Source: Ophelia neglecta (taxonomy: Eukaryota). From it: 64,000 bases of DNA. This document shows positions 1-14,074 of the stretch, piece by piece. Location: the NCBI GenBank assembly GCA_965285935.1, contig OZ260661.1, forward strand, positions 51,398,001 through 51,462,000, given 5' to 3'. The notes below the pieces were generated by a model that saw nothing but the letters and a program-made list of their open reading frames with translations, searched no databases and had not been told where the DNA came from. Position 1 is the first letter of the stretch, and each line of letters begins with the position of its first letter. The position numbers and the translations under genes are program-made.

Positions 1-1479
1 AAAGTTAATATTTCATACTCTTTGATGTTCTTTTTTGACAATTTATATCTAAAATAGTTCTAACATATTTTTAATATCATGATCCACGATGTAGACTAGA
101 TCAACTTCTCGGGAGGAAGGGAAGAACCTACTGCGCAGGTGCAACAGATGTTACCTGGTTGCCCGTAATTGGATACAAGCCAAAATAATCTCGAAGCTTA
201 TCAACATTGATAGTCAAATTATGAGCAAATTGTGTAAAATCTGCGAATAAAATTATTGAATAATAATTATCCAGTCCAGCTTAGTAATTGTTTAGAGAAA
301 GTCAGTCAAATGACGTCCGAAAGCAAATAGTTTGCGGCTAAGTGTATGCAAATGTGCATTAAGTCTCTCGACATCAGTGACGTCATCAACAAGTATGCCC
401 ATGAAAGGCAACCATTATCGTCTGCAAGTTTGAACTTGAAGCCATTTATATACATTATATTTATATATATTACATATGCGTATTACGTGGATTATTCCCT
501 TACCAAAGGGGCGATGGAAAAACGGAAAATATAGGCTTGTGCAGTTTTATTTGCGGTGCTATTGATATTGGAGACATGTTTATTTTGGTAAAAGATTATT
601 ATATGGTCTTCATACATTACTTTCATACGAGGTCCTAGGCCTCTATGGAAGTAGCGTAGGTAGCAGAGGCACAAGACTGGGTCTATAATAGGATTTCAGA
701 CAAGATTTTCTCTCTCAGCCTTGCACATTGGTAAAATAATATAATGTATATAATTAAGGCCCATGAATTATGACTTATTAGACCTAAAGATCTATATGTA
801 TCAAAAAAGTTAAGAACCTGAATGTTATTGACTAATCTCAGTCGGGTTTCAGACAAGGTTTTTTTTCCATTGATTGATTGTCTCCTCGGCCTTGAAGACT
901 TGAGAAATATGGAAGGTAATAATGTATCAAGGCGTCACTATATCAAAAAATAAACCGCGTCGAAGGCCTTTATGAAACCTAGTGGTATCACCGTGGAATT
1001 AAACAGGAACGGGCGACCAAGAGACATTTATCTTAAAAGTGTCCGAATGGAACTTGACTGGACATTCTGAGAATATCACTATGTACTGCAGCATTCCGGG
1101 ATTGATTTTTTATGAATTTCTACGCGTGTGATGCCAATTCCCGTCAATGATCTTGGCATTTAGACATCACATTGAAAGAAGCCTCATAAAAATCTTATTA
1201 AAAAGATGTTTATTGGGTTTCGGTCTTAAAGATTTGCAGACTAAAACGGTTCCTAAAGAAATATAGTTTTTGTTTTTGCCACTTGTTGGTATCAGAGACG
1301 TGTATACATCTCCGGTGGCACATGCTGGATGAGACAAAAGCATACATCAATGAAAATGGCCTGTGCATATAGATCTATTAACAAAGCCTTGATAACATAT
1401 AAGGGCTCATTTCCATGAAATCGGAATGTAAATAATTATCACGAACCGCTTCCCTAAAACAACATCTTGTACAAAACCA

Positions 1480-1880
1480 GCCTGACAACAGTCAAAGTTT
1501 TGCTGTAAACAAGCATATCAGTGAAAGTCGGAGACAATCTCAAGTGGGAGATTCTGCTAATTACTAGCAGCAAGGCCCTCAAATGAGGATTTCCGGTGAT
1601 GCGTAAATGGCATTGTTTGTAATTTGCATGGCCGGAGATGAAATCTGAGAGACTTTGCTGATGCATTTGATAACGCTATTTTGGGTGTAAGAGCGTAAAG
1701 GGGTAATTACTGTATCCGGCTTGAGAAAGGGAGAAAATGCTTGCACGAGGGAGTCTTACACCAAGGGCAAAGGCTCGATTGCACTGAGGACTGTTGCATC
1801 AATAGCTACACTAACAGATAGGCTCACCAGTGTGTAAACGCGTTACCCTGAATATTTTAAGCACTCTGAATGTAAACTTG
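1480..1880 (-). pseudogene. Decayed C2H2 zinc-finger array remnant
   Basis: Minus-strand translation gives KFTFRVLKIFRVTRLHTGEP, CNSPQCNRAFA, ANYKQCHLRITGNPH and SRISHLRL, resembling F-x5-L-x2-H-x3-HTGE(K)P fingers and linkers; multiple stops and frameshifts. Confidence 0.35.
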
Positions 1881-2700
1881 ACCAGTAGGCGTAACGCGTT
1901 ATCAGTATTTGCTCAACGCGTTAGACTATCGTATATGATCTGCGTGACACGCTAGCAGTTACTAAAACTACATTGAAATTACCAACATCACTGGCGTGAC
2001 AACTTATCGACAAGTTTATAATCTTTTTAGCACATGGTTCACTGCTTTTATTTCTTATATTTTTATTTATTCACTAAACTCGATGAGCCTGTAGGCTATG
2101 GTGCTCCTGTAGCTAAACAAGGACGGACGAGTCGTGGGCCAATATAGGCCCTATAGGCTTACTGGAATGGCAAAGGTTTCCAACCGATCGTATTTTAAAA
2201 ATTATCATATATGCCTATACGTAAGGGTAATTTTTATAATTTTTGTTTTGCGATTGCTTGGTAATATACATCGGCTCGGCGTCCTAGAAAAGGTTTCCTG
2301 GGTATTGCATTGAAACTAAAATGCCCTCACACTATATATTATAACCCCAATTCTACCCCCTAACCAAACCCGAATGGAACATGCCAGCAAAAAGGGCTGC
2401 CGGTGTAAAAGTTTTGGAAGTCTCGTGGCTAGGAAGTCCCTAGCTAAAGTTTCATAGCTCTGGGTCCATTTCTAATGTCATAATGGATGGCTATAGATCT
2501 ATATCACTTGGGACCATAGAGCTATGGAGCGAGCCATCGAGTCGCTGCGGCGAAAGCCGAACTTTTTCCCTTTACCGAAAAGGAGCTATCCTGCCGGCTC
2601 TATAGAGGAGTCACACGCTTACTGGAACAAATAAACAATCGATTTTTCATGGTCGATTCAGTGTAATAAATTCATATCTTTGTGTAGATAAACGTTATCC

Positions 2701-3073
2701 ACAGACTGTGAAATGCTGTCTGCAGGTTCAAATATGGCGGCTCGTGTTACTTAGCGAGATTTCATCTCTAGGGAATTCTCTTGTCATGTGACACAACAAA
2801 GTCACATGACATCAACAGCAACAAAATGGACTGGACTACATGTCTCCAGTGTCATCAGACCTTGAAAGAGAAGGTTAAAGGGTGGCGCCGCAAGTCATTT
2901 GCCATACTTTTTCCTGGAAAAAATGGCATTTATTTGTGACACGTGTATAAATAGAACCACAGAGGTCTCCCCTAGTAGGCCTATATGAAGTCACGGAAAT
3001 GCACTGTAGCAAAGACGCGATTTGAACCGCGAGCCGCCATATTTGAACCTGCAGACATCATTTCAAAGTCTGT
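2701..3073. mobile_element. MITE, 373 bp, 44-bp terminal inverted repeats
   Basis: ACAGACTGTGAAATGCTGTCTGCAGGTTCAAATATGGCGGCTCG (2701-2744) is the reverse complement of 3030-3073 with 2 mismatches; non-coding interior. Confidence 0.8.
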
Positions 3074-3917
3074 AAAAAAACATTCAGCTTGTTAGACAAA
3101 CTGTAAGGCGCTAGATTATGTACACATTTAAATGTTAATAATGTGATAAAATAATCTCGGCCTTTTCTCAATGACATGATTCCAAGGTGTCCAGATACGC
3201 TAGTAGGCTATTTCTGTCGAAATCCCCAATGATGCTCGATTTAGTAAAGGCTGAATCTTATTTAATTTTGAGTGGAGCAGTGGCCCAAAATCAATAATCG
3301 GTGTGGTTGGACAACGGTATTGCAATTCTTCAATTAATACGGTTTCCTGATTCAACGAAATAGGCCAATTTTTGTGTGACAAAGTTCTGAAATGTGACTG
3401 TCCCAGGAAAGGCATCCATCGATCGTACAGCCGATGTATTTAGTGTTATCAACACAATCTAGTGCAGTGTTATCAAAATTTACATTCAATTTACTAAAAG
3501 AGCGAATTTTCTGAAAATTAACTGCAAATTTTCATTGTACAACACTTGCTCGTATTAAGAGTAAGATTATTATATTCAAACCATGTGCATTTTCGCCATG
3601 GGTTTGGTATATCTGGCCTCATAATTTTTGTTTCTTACTGCGCTTCCCCTTGTTGGACACACGTGGTTGTTTATGTCCATGACCTTCTTGTGTGATGTCT
3701 TAGCTGTGCCAGGTGGTATCGTCCCCCCCCCCCCCCCCCATTGTCTTTTTCATTATGTTTTGTTCCACTGGAGATGACACAGGCGCCATTTTGCGTCCAG
3801 TTCTAATTGATGCGTGATTATGGTCTTTAATCTTCATTCTAGTCTTTTCTATTCCAATCTGTTAATGCCAACACATGACATCATAAGTGCTGTTCGAAAC
3901 TATTATAGCCACCCTAG

Positions 3918-4330
3918 GGCAGGGAATACTTCCGCTACAGGCTTATTACTTACATTCAGTTTGACCTTGGATATCATTTGACCTCAGTTAACCCGCGCCA
4001 CCATGGCAGGATATTAATACTTACACATAGGGCCTATTACTTACATGAAGTTTGTCCTTGTCAATTGATCTCACCTATACCGCGCCATGACAGTTAATAC
4101 TTACACTAGGCCCTATATTACTTAAAAAAGTAAGTCCTTGGATATCATTTGCCCTGAATAAGACCGCGCCATGATTGACTTCAATTAAACGGCACCGTGG
4201 CAGGGAATAAATACACAATATTCGTTATATTAATTTTGTCCTTGGATATCTTTTGACCTCAATAAAACTGCTCTATGGCAGGAAATATTTACACTATATT
4301 AAATCACTTACAATAAGTTTGTCTTTTGAC
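3918..4330. repeat. Degenerate tandem repeat, ~85-bp unit, 4-5 copies
   Basis: CCGCGCCA recurs at 3993, 4080 and 4164; CCTTGGATATC and (AA)TACTTACA motifs recur with similar spacing. Confidence 0.7.
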
Positions 4331-4407
4331 AAAAAGAGGGGGGGGGGGGCAAATAATGCTTTCAATGCTTTCATCATCATTCACTGCCACGATTTTTTTA
4401 TTTGCAG

Positions 4408-4705
4408 ACAAAGTTGGGTGAATTCCGAATTTCCCGAACAGTGTGGTTTTATCCGCCGATACCAATCATCCCCTTCCACAGCATACGAGACTCACCGGAC
4501 TGTAAAACGCTTGACCCCAAACTAGATCAACAAACTAGCGAAATGAGCAGTCCGTTCCATACCAGGAATTTGTTTTCAAAAGACCCGCGAAAAATCACTC
4601 AAGAAAGAAAACGACTGGCCTGCCATACAGCCTTTCATATAAATGAATCAGGAGAAGAAAAAGGATCCCATGAAATTGTGACTTCACCCATCTCCAGTCC
4701 AACTG
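4408..4705 (+). CDS. Putative internal exon A of an uncharacterised host gene
   Basis: Acceptor TTTTTTTATTTGCAG|, open frame (ORF 4402-4722), weaker donor G|GTATAG ending in phase 1, matching the next exon. Confidence 0.45.
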
Positions 4706-4884
4706 GTATAGGCACGATATAATCCCACTTACTTATTTTCATATATTCAACTTAGTTCACGAAAGATACTAATGTCAAAACAGGTTCAAATGGGTTTTTT
4801 CATGAAAATAGTCGATATCAGATTAATCAAATTCAGATCTACTTATTGCGTTATCTGTAGATATCTTTCTCGATTTTACCACAG

Positions 4885-5445
4885 AATCTTCTTCCGAAAC
4901 AAGCCTTACAACGACCCCGATTGACGAAAGTCACTCGGCGGAGAAGGATGTGATTCAAACCCTGCTAGCTGTTCGGTCGAAACTGATTGAGCTGGAACGA
5001 GTGAGAAATCATGAAATTTACTTAAAACAATGGAACAGACAGTTACTGGATTACGTTGAAAGAAGTCCAGTTTCACCTGACGAGGCGTCCACCTGTTTAG
5101 ATTGGGAGGAAGACACCTTTTACTTGGGAGGGGAGGGAGATAGTCTGAATACCTTAAACGTTACTTCGCCTTTGTTAATACAAGATATTAACATCAAAGA
5201 GAACAAGTTTAAAATTGATGATACACCCGTGTTTGACAAAAGGACATGCAATTCAAGATCAGAGCAATACTCAAGTGACGGGGAAAATACTTCAATTGAA
5301 GCCTTGTCCGAAACTTCATCGAACAATGAATCATTGCCACTCCGCAACGAGGATAATGCAGAAGCCTTTTGGTACGAGAATATTGGTGGAGAAAAGTCAA
5401 TTATTAATCAAAATATGATCAAAGATTACGGTGAAAATGATATCG
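4885..5445 (+). CDS. Putative internal exon B of an uncharacterised host gene (acidic, short coiled coil)
   Basis: Acceptor TTTCTCGATTTTACCACAG|, 561 nt fully open (contains ORF 4950-5453), donor G|GTAAGT; phase 1-1. Confidence 0.6.
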
Positions 5446-5971
5446 GTAAGTAATTTTAAAAAGTATATGTTGATCTATAGGTTTAAAAAAAAATTAACAG
5501 AATGCCAAAAAAAGTAGTGTTTAGGATTTTCGACCGACCCTGTCTCGTTATCCCAGACCCAAAAATATTTATTCATTGGTCAGGAAAAAAATCCTGGCCT
5601 GGCTACAAAGAGTGTGAATAAGAGCTTGATTGTCAGTTGCTTATAAGGCCAACGAAAAAACCGTACATAAGTACCAGACTGTCACATCCAATATAAGTCC
5701 CATTGGTAAATAGTTTGCTAGTTTAGTCAAATGCTATTCATTTCTATAAAATAAATACAACTAATGCTACGCATGTTCAACCATATTTTTCTTATTATTT
5801 GTCGATTTCCTTATCATTTCCTCTGCTTGTCTTATTTTAAATGTTTACGAAACGCTGGTGATGTGATAAGTTTAATGGAGAAGATATGCGGTAAAACAAA
5901 AAACCTCCAACTCAAAAAGCACGATTGATACAATGAAACTGCAGTCACTTACATAGATTCTTATTTTGAAG

Positions 5972-6336
5972 GGCGCCTAAAAATATACTTTACCCCGAAA
6001 GTGCGGTCTGGCTGGTTGGAAAAGCACATGAAATCGTCCAAGAAAATGGTGGAGATGATTAAACGAAGGCTGGCGTCACTGGCGCATCAACAAAAACTTC
6101 TTCCTTCCCGTCCCTTGTTCAAGCGGAAGTGGATAGTGTGTCACAGTGTCCTTGACCCCACTGTGCCGTTTGATCGTAATTTCAACATTGACCTTGAGGA
6201 AGAAAATTCTCCCAAGTCAAAACCAATATACAAGTGTTCACAACTCAGTCAGTTTTCTCCAAACAGAGGCATTTCAGTCGGCAATTCATCAAGAAATAAT
6301 CTAAACGATTTGAGAAAACCTCTGGGTGTGTTACAT
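5972..6336 (+). CDS. Putative internal exon C of an uncharacterised host gene
   Basis: Acceptor TTCTTATTTTGAAG| in phase 1 (compatible with exon B), open frame (ORF 6001-6384), donor CAT|GTAAGT in phase 0. Confidence 0.55.
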
Positions 6337-7049
6337 GTAAGTGATTCCTGGGAAAACGCACCATCAAATCAAACTGTATGTTAATCTATTCCTTACAGTA
6401 ATTGCTTTACGCTGAAATATTAAGATATTGTTGGGGAAATGCAGGGTTAAGTCATTGTATATAGCACCCATTAGAAAGTAACAAATATGTAAACAGATTT
6501 TTGTTCAATTGATTATAAACAAGAGACTCATGTTAAAAAGATAAATATTTAAGCTAACAAAATGTATCGGCCAGTCTTTGTGCCAACATGAACATCACCG
6601 TCGCGTGAGTTCATTGTGTATATAAATTAACAAACTTGAATATAATAATCTGTTTACATAAGGTTAAGTGAATAAGTTATCTAAAATTGTGTAACGTTAT
6701 TAGGATATTGATGGCTCATTATTAAATTATACTCTACCATGTCGATAAGTCATGTTTGACTAGTAATCTTGACAATAAAGTGTTAACATTCCAAGCGATG
6801 TTCTTTGTCCATGGTAAAATGTATATGCCCATATATGGTTTTGTTAGCAAAACAATAATAGAATTTCCAATTCTTGTTCATTTGTCGTTTAAATTTAAAG
6901 CTCTTTTTCTTTAATTCAGTGATAACTCTCTCGTCTTAGGTCCAGATCATGGGGGGGGGGGGGGATAGGCTGACAGGTATTCGAATCATTATTTGTTGAT
7001 TTAAATTGGATATTAATACTCATTATCATCTAGCTATTTCCAGTATTAT

Positions 7050-7710
7050 GAGATATTGCTTGAAATTATGGGTTAATATAACTTAGTTTAAGTTATTATG
7101 CGTTATTGGGAGCTATTTTTGATAAAGGTGGCCTACTATTATGTGAATTATTGTTAGGGTCATACTGAATTTTTGAGATTTATCGTTGTTTATCCTTAGT
7201 TATCGTGAGTTATTGTAGGTTATCGTAAATTATCGTAGGTTATTGTGAGCTATCGTCTTGAGTTATCGATCGTGACTTATTGTTAGGTATCGTGAGTTAT
7301 CGTCAAATATTGTGAGTTATTGTCATTTATTTTATTCTATTGTACATGTACATCATTGCTATAATTTATTGCTACTGTGCCTTATTGTGCAGGGATTGCG
7401 ATTTATTATAAAATAGATCTATTGTGCGTTATTGCAGGTTATATTCGTTAATTGAGTTCAATTGTGGTTAATGGCAAATTATTGCAGGTTATCCTAGTTT
7501 ATCTTAAGTTATTGTGTTTTATCAAGGTTTATTGTGAGTTATCGTAGGTTATCGTGAGTTATCGTGGTTTATTGAGAGTTATCCTGAGTTCATGTTGTTT
7601 ATCGTGCTCAATGCCAGGTTATCGTCATTTATCGTTGATTATCGTTGGTTATCATGGATTATCATCGGTTATTGAATCTTAGATTCGGTTAGAATGAGTT
7701 ATTGTTAGTT
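7050..7710. repeat. Degenerate 10-bp minisatellite (consensus TTATCGTGAG)
   Basis: Dozens of TTAT(C/T)G-nnnn units with 10-nt periodicity, clearest at 7190-7330 and 7500-7680. Confidence 0.85.
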
Positions 7711-8117
7711 AGTGCAATACGATATTTACTTATTACAAATAATTAGAAAGAAGACAAAATTTATCATTTACTTACAGAACAATATTGGACTTTTATCATT
7801 TGTCTTTAAAGTTCATTCTCATAATGATCCCAGTGCCAGTCAGCCTGGTAATCATTTATATTCGTGAATATTTGGTGTTTATCACAATATGAGGCAATTA
7901 TTTACTTTACAATCAACCGGAGACTATTCCATCAAGAGATTGATGGCACCGTTCAAGCGGAGAATTTTACCCCACAGATATTCGAATCATGCAGATATGT
8001 TAAATTCAACGCTTCACTAGTGATAGGAAGAATAATTTAAATTTGCTTTCCTTTTACATTATATGATTAAAATTTTCAATACAGGGAGGATTATACAGGC
8101 ATTGTCCAACATACATA

Positions 8118-8294
8118 AAGTGAAACCTGCCTTAAAGACCACCTCTGTAATCAGACCACCTGCAATTCAGACCACTGAGATGGTGACTATTCTATATGCT
8201 TTCAATGTTAAATGACATGTCTAAACAGACCACCTCCGAAATCAGACCAGTATCTTCCAGTCCCTTTGGTGGTCTTAATTCACAGGTTTCACTG
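8118..8294. mobile_element. Tc1/mariner-pogo (Tigger-like) MITE, 177 bp
   Basis: Termini (C>A)AGTGAAACCTG...CAGGTTTCACTG flanked by TA on both sides (8116-8117, 8295-8296); internal AGACCAC repeats. Confidence 0.8.
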
Positions 8295-8689
8295 TACATC
8301 TTCTAACGCTGAAGCCAGGCCTGTAAGAAATATCTAGTGTGTTAACGCTCTGGTAACAAGCGTATGTAATCTCGTCCGAGTTTAACTACATCATATTCAT
8401 GATCACCCAACGTGCAACAACTTATTTAAACCCAACAATTCCATCAAAATGAATACAGTGAAATAAACATTATTAAAGGCACATATAGATCTAACGGCTC
8501 CTATTTGATTCAATTGTTTGTTCGGGATCAGCGATAAAGAGGAAGCAATTATTAGGGGTGGTGAGTGTCCAACTAGAAAACACGGGAGATACGACTGTGA
8601 TTGGTGCCTATTGGACCACGCCGTCTGGATTGACCTACCTTGATCTTCATCCATAAACCTTTCCATACTAATAGAAGGTGCAAGGCCTG

Positions 8690-8800
8690 TAACACAATAC
8701 CTTAAACGTTTTTAAAACAAAAAAACATGTGCAACTATGTCAATGCTTTGCTGAAAACAAGAAACACGCCTAATACCATGTTCCATCATCAATTTAATTA
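8690..8800 (-). mobile_element. Short CR1/L2-group LINE RT fragment
   Basis: Minus strand reads LGVFLVFSKA (cf. GVFLDFSKAFD); nucleotide similarity to 11440-11500. Confidence 0.55.
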
Positions 8801-10439
8801 ATAATTCTGTCTTCAAGTGCAGACAATAATGTAAATCCATATTGCTGATGGCGGCCATTTTTTTATCATTATACAACAATGCGTATATAATAATGTAAGA
8901 CTATCTAGCTGTAAAAAAACCAACATGAGATTGGGAGATTTCCTAGTATGCCTGATGACAAATTCTAAGCCGGGTGTAAATTTTTAGCAATTCGCGGAGG
9001 CTTTTAATTATCGTCAGCCGTTGCTGGGAATTTCATTAAGCTTGAAATTGTGTGTTTCCCCAGTCTGTATAGGCTACCGAGCGATAACAGTCGGTCTGGC
9101 GTGTTTAATTCACACAATAAACTACAAAGAATTGTCTATTGAATCTGAAAATATGTTAATTTATTTGTTTTTTTTTGGCCTACATCATTGTTTAACAAAA
9201 ATTTATGACGCAAGGAAACTTGATTGCTCAACTCCGCTGCAATAATTCTTCGACAATGGGTGCAAATATTGTTGTTTTTTTAATTTAAATAGATATCTTG
9301 TAATATGCTCAGAATGAAGTTGCTCTCTTTGTTCCTTATAGGCCTATATAAATTACCATTAAAATGTCGCGATGTATCACATTTTTGGACATTTTTGTGT
9401 GTAGAGTCGGGTAAATCCTTTGAAATTGGTGTTATATGTTTAATAGTTAGGCACCACGACATGTACGGTTTAGTTTTTAGATGGTAAGACCGACACACGT
9501 GACCCTGTTTGGTTTTCACTAGGTCTAAGGACAGGTCTGGTCAGACTTCGTATATATGCTTCAAGGTTTTCATCTATGGCAACGAGTCCCTCAAGACATA
9601 AAGGCACTGGACTTTAGTTTTCTTTCATATTCGATAACTTCAGTTCATTTTGTAAATGATGTGCAACTGTTGAACTTGTAGTCTCCTGGTTATTGTTTTT
9701 TGTACATGGGCCTTACTTAATCATATTTCATAAGGACAGTCCCTGACAATACAAGAGATGACCGATATATCACGGAGTTATTACTGCAAATGGCGGTCCA
9801 CATTTAACTCAAGCACGTCAAAAAATATAAATATAAATATATCCTACTCTCCACTATAGTACTAATTTGCATAGATAGCAATGTAACGTCTGAACTGTTT
9901 CCCTCCACCATCCCCATTCGCCGTTTATGATTAATAAATCTATTCTATTTTAGACCCAAAGGTGAACTAGAAATCCGGTTATATATATATACCTCTCGCA
10001 CGGGAACAAGGTTCTCCATAACCTTATTTTCCCAAGGCCGTGTATATGTCGGATGGCAACTAATTTTGTCTGCAGTATTGCTTTTGGTTAGACCTAAGTG
10101 CCTGTTTCCACCGGACGCGTATTCAGAGCGTTTTTCTATATAGGCTCTGAATACGCCGGGATCTGAACACAGAATATTGCATTGTAGTGTTTTCGTCAGA
10201 CCCAAGAAGTAATATCTAATAAAAGGGAAGCATCTCGCAACAGTCAGAACTGGACGCCCAATGGCGCATTGGTCCTGTCATTAGCCACAACAGAACTACA
10301 TTAAAATGAAAACTTACTGAGCACAATAAATACTGCACAAACAAAATTATCTCAAATATAGTTTGTTTTACCTCTTAATTATTAAAGGTACTTACATATC
10401 TGTAAGTATTTACATATCTGGCACATGATTTACTAACAA

Positions 10440-11640
10440 ATAATCTTTCAACGTAATTTTAAAAGCTTGGACACTACAATTAATGTCCACCATATTATAT
10501 AAATAGTTTAAAAAAATAAACACACCTATGGCGAAAAGTCTTTTCAGACGGTGGTTTCAGCCATGGAAATATGTTATTTACCTGAATGACACGTAGCATA
10601 AGAATGTTGATCTAAATTGAGATTAAACACCTTCTTCAATATACCTTGTAAAAACACATTATTAAACTGGAACTTAAACATCACCATCCTGTGTACATAA
10701 ACACTATTCAAATTCAACAACTTTAATTCTAAGAATAATGGAGATGTGTGCTCTCTACATGAAGCAGACATAATAATTATAAAAGCTTTTCTGAAGGCAA
10801 ACAATAGATGTAATAAAAGTCTTATTAGCACCTCCCCTCACCCCTATACACATAGGTCAAGAGAGGATAAAAGAAAAAAGAGGATAAATAAGAAAAAATA
10901 GTTGAGGTTAGATTTCATAAGTTCTTGCTTTTAACAAAATGCCTATAGTTCGAGAAAATTTGCCTTGAATATGATAAATATGAACCCCCCAGTTCATTTC
11001 ACTATCAATCATTAATCCCAACAACTTTCCTAAAGGTGAAATATCCCTACCACGTGAGCTAAGTATACTGAAATAGATACTAATGAATCAAGGATAGATT
11101 ATTTGATCTCACCCAGTCGACAATTTTTGTTTAACTAAAATAAACTCATCTTAACTTCATACAATCAATCATTTGGCTCGCATTTTTACCCGTTACAAAT
11201 ATATTGGTGTCAGCGGCAAACAAAATTGGAAAGATATTTAATATAAACATTTACCATGTCGTTTACATAAAAAAAATGTTCCAAAATAGAGCCTTTGGGC
11301 ACACCACATGAAATATAGCTTTTTGTATATTTACATTCATTATAAGAATTAGATTGCTTCTAAAGAGGTAGCTTTCACAACCACTCAGGTGCAACGCCTC
11401 TAACACAAAATCATAAAAGTTTTTAAAACTAAATATCATGTGCAACTGTGTCACATACTTAGCTGAAATCCAGTAACACGCCTAATACAATGTTTCCATC
11501 AAAGGCATGTTGGTACTGTGGTTCTCTCAAAAACCAAATTAAAACATATCAAGATTTAATGCTTATCAATTAATAACAATAGTCTATTATAAATTTACTT
11601 TTCCAAAATCTTTGAAACACAGTGATACTGAAACTGGACA
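10440..11640 (-). mobile_element. Degraded CR1/L2-group LINE ORF2 (RT and C-terminal region)
   Basis: Frameshifted motifs in the expected order on minus: (Q)FGF-RENHST, GVLLDFS*VCDTVAH, GVPQGSILG-like, PILFAADTN, then REHTSPLFLELKLLNL (ORF 10574-10831). Confidence 0.8.
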
Positions 11641-12096
11641 ATAGTTATTCACCAGCATATTATTATTGCTTTTATAGAGGGGGATGAACCGGGCCATTTT
11701 CATGTCCTCAGGGAACACACCAGAAGAAATATACTGATGTATAATATATTATTCACCTGGCTGATGTATGACAGATAGGTGAATTTAACCATTTTGCACT
11801 AATTCCATCCCTACTAAAACTTGCATCCTTTAAGGATAAATAATTTTCTCCAATAGCAATTTAAGATAGAAACCCTACTCTACTTATCTTTTTTCAGTTC
11901 GTTCTCTGAAAAACTTACTTATTTCTCATGTCTTGTATTCCCATACATGTAGTTGTATTATTATAAACGTTTTGATTCTGTGCAGGCATCAGAAACCACT
12001 TTTATACGATCTTGAATTCCTTCTCATCTTACTTGATAATGAACAAATCACTAAATGGCAGGTTTGAATGACCTTATATAGGTAACTCGTGTAAAT

Positions 12097-12378
12097 TTGT
12101 TCTGTCCAGTAAGTTATCCTAATGGCACACCCAGTGACCCACCAAGGAGCACTACACCAATTACCCCCACTTCGGAGCGAAGTGAAAAACCAGGGCTAAA
12201 TCATGATGATTCTCTGTCACCCCCTAAACAAAGAGAACCTGATGAGCCAAAACCATGGTTCAGCGAAATGATGGACAAGGGGGAGGAGGAGGAGGCGAAC
12301 CAATATGGTGACAGAAGTGGAGGAGCAGAGGGACAGATGGACCGACTACTGGAACAGTTGTTAGACAGGTTTCACTAA
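12097..12378 (+). other. Coding-like ORF/terminal exon, possibly the C-terminus of a Harbinger accessory (Myb/SANT-type) protein
   Basis: P/S/T-rich then E-rich segment ending MDRLLEQLLDRFH*; convergent with the Harbinger transposase remnant 1.7 kb away. No Myb domain is visible. Confidence 0.3.
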
Positions 12379-14074
12379 AGAAGTCGCAAATAATAAATAG
12401 TGAAATATTTGTGCCTTTCTATATTAGGTACAAACATGTGTAGGCTCTAAAAAATTTATACGCATATGTTGCTTTACTTACTTATGTGCTGTCGGCAAGG
12501 ATGGTGTTTGTTTCCTCCTATAACGTTCACAGCACTCTTTGTGATTGTAAGCCACTTCTAAATATCGCCATACTGATAGCATCATTGTCACATTGAGTGT
12601 TTGAGGCCCTATAATGGGAACAGATACAAGACTTGTTTCAGCTTCCGCCTATAGATAATTCTTGTAATATGCGAGTTGTTACATTTCTAAAATCTATTTG
12701 TAAAGTACAATGTCGCGCCATAATATTTTTACAGGTAAATGAAGCAGTGAATTTCAATTTGTCTTTTTGTTCAAGCAGACTATCATGTGATAGAGTATTA
12801 ATTACACTATTGTTTGCAACTGTTCATTTGGCACACCATTTTATTTCCTGTACAAAATGTAGATGCTGGGAAAAAATATATGATTGAATACTTTATTTGT
12901 TAATACTTCGCATTTATATAATTTTGGCACCATTGGAACACTAGTTAAAGCAGTACAGTATCATACACTGTGGAGCGGGAATACAGAGTTGTGGTAAATG
13001 GTTTATTTACATCTGGTAATAGTTAAGCACCACATTACCTATGGTTTGAATGCCATCTTAGTTAATTATTATGTTACTTCACTTACATTGTCCAATGAAT
13101 TAGTGTTATCTAATATGATGTTAAAGAAGTGATCTAGCTAAGGTTAATAACGTAGGTCTTTAATTATAAGCTGATTGTACTTCTGAATCTGAATAAAGAA
13201 AAACATGAATAAAGACACAAGTTCTATAGTATCTTTATTTATTTACGTGTGTGGTTAACATGCCGAGGCTCACACTCCCGACGTCTGTAGGTTATGTTGT
13301 ACAATGTGCTATGCCCTGGGATCAGGGTAGTAATACGGTTTTAAAATCCCGGTTGTTTTGCTTTTCACGGGTGATGCTGTAACTGAGCTAATTATGGCGT
13401 GACCATAATTGACAAATCCCCATTCGCGGGAATTTAATATCGCTGTTTTCCTATGCGCGTCAACGACTTTAAACTGGGCGTATTAGGCCTAACTACACAG
13501 GATATTAATGAATAGGTTCGCGAAATAATGGTTCCTAAAAAAATAATTCGACGCGAAATTGAGCTCCTTTAGGATATTCGTGTAAGCAATCGGCCATTCT
13601 CCATTGCTTGGCCTAGTGTATTGAGTTTAGCTATACGGCGCACTGCCCATTCCACCTATTCATTTTACAGGTAGGTACATTATTGAGTTACTTTAAGAAA
13701 GTTCTGAACTGCAGATTCCATAAAAAAAATAACATAATATGTTACACTTAATTTATATTTATAATTAAAATACCCATATTGACTATTAAATTATTTGTTT
13801 ATACGCGTATCGCTATTAGACAATATAAGTTCAGTTATTAAATAATCTTACCACAGCCTTTTTACAGAAAATATTTTAGTAAAATTGCATAAATTTACAG
13901 AGAAAGCAATTATTGTGCAAACGTCAACCATATTATAATTTTTCGCAAATAAAATACGCGTTATCACTAAGAGCCGGCATTTTCACGACAATTAAGTCTG
14001 CGTGTAGTAATGGAGACTAAAAACAAAGGTTTACATCACAAGTATACAATTTACAGTATGGTTAATTATTCACA

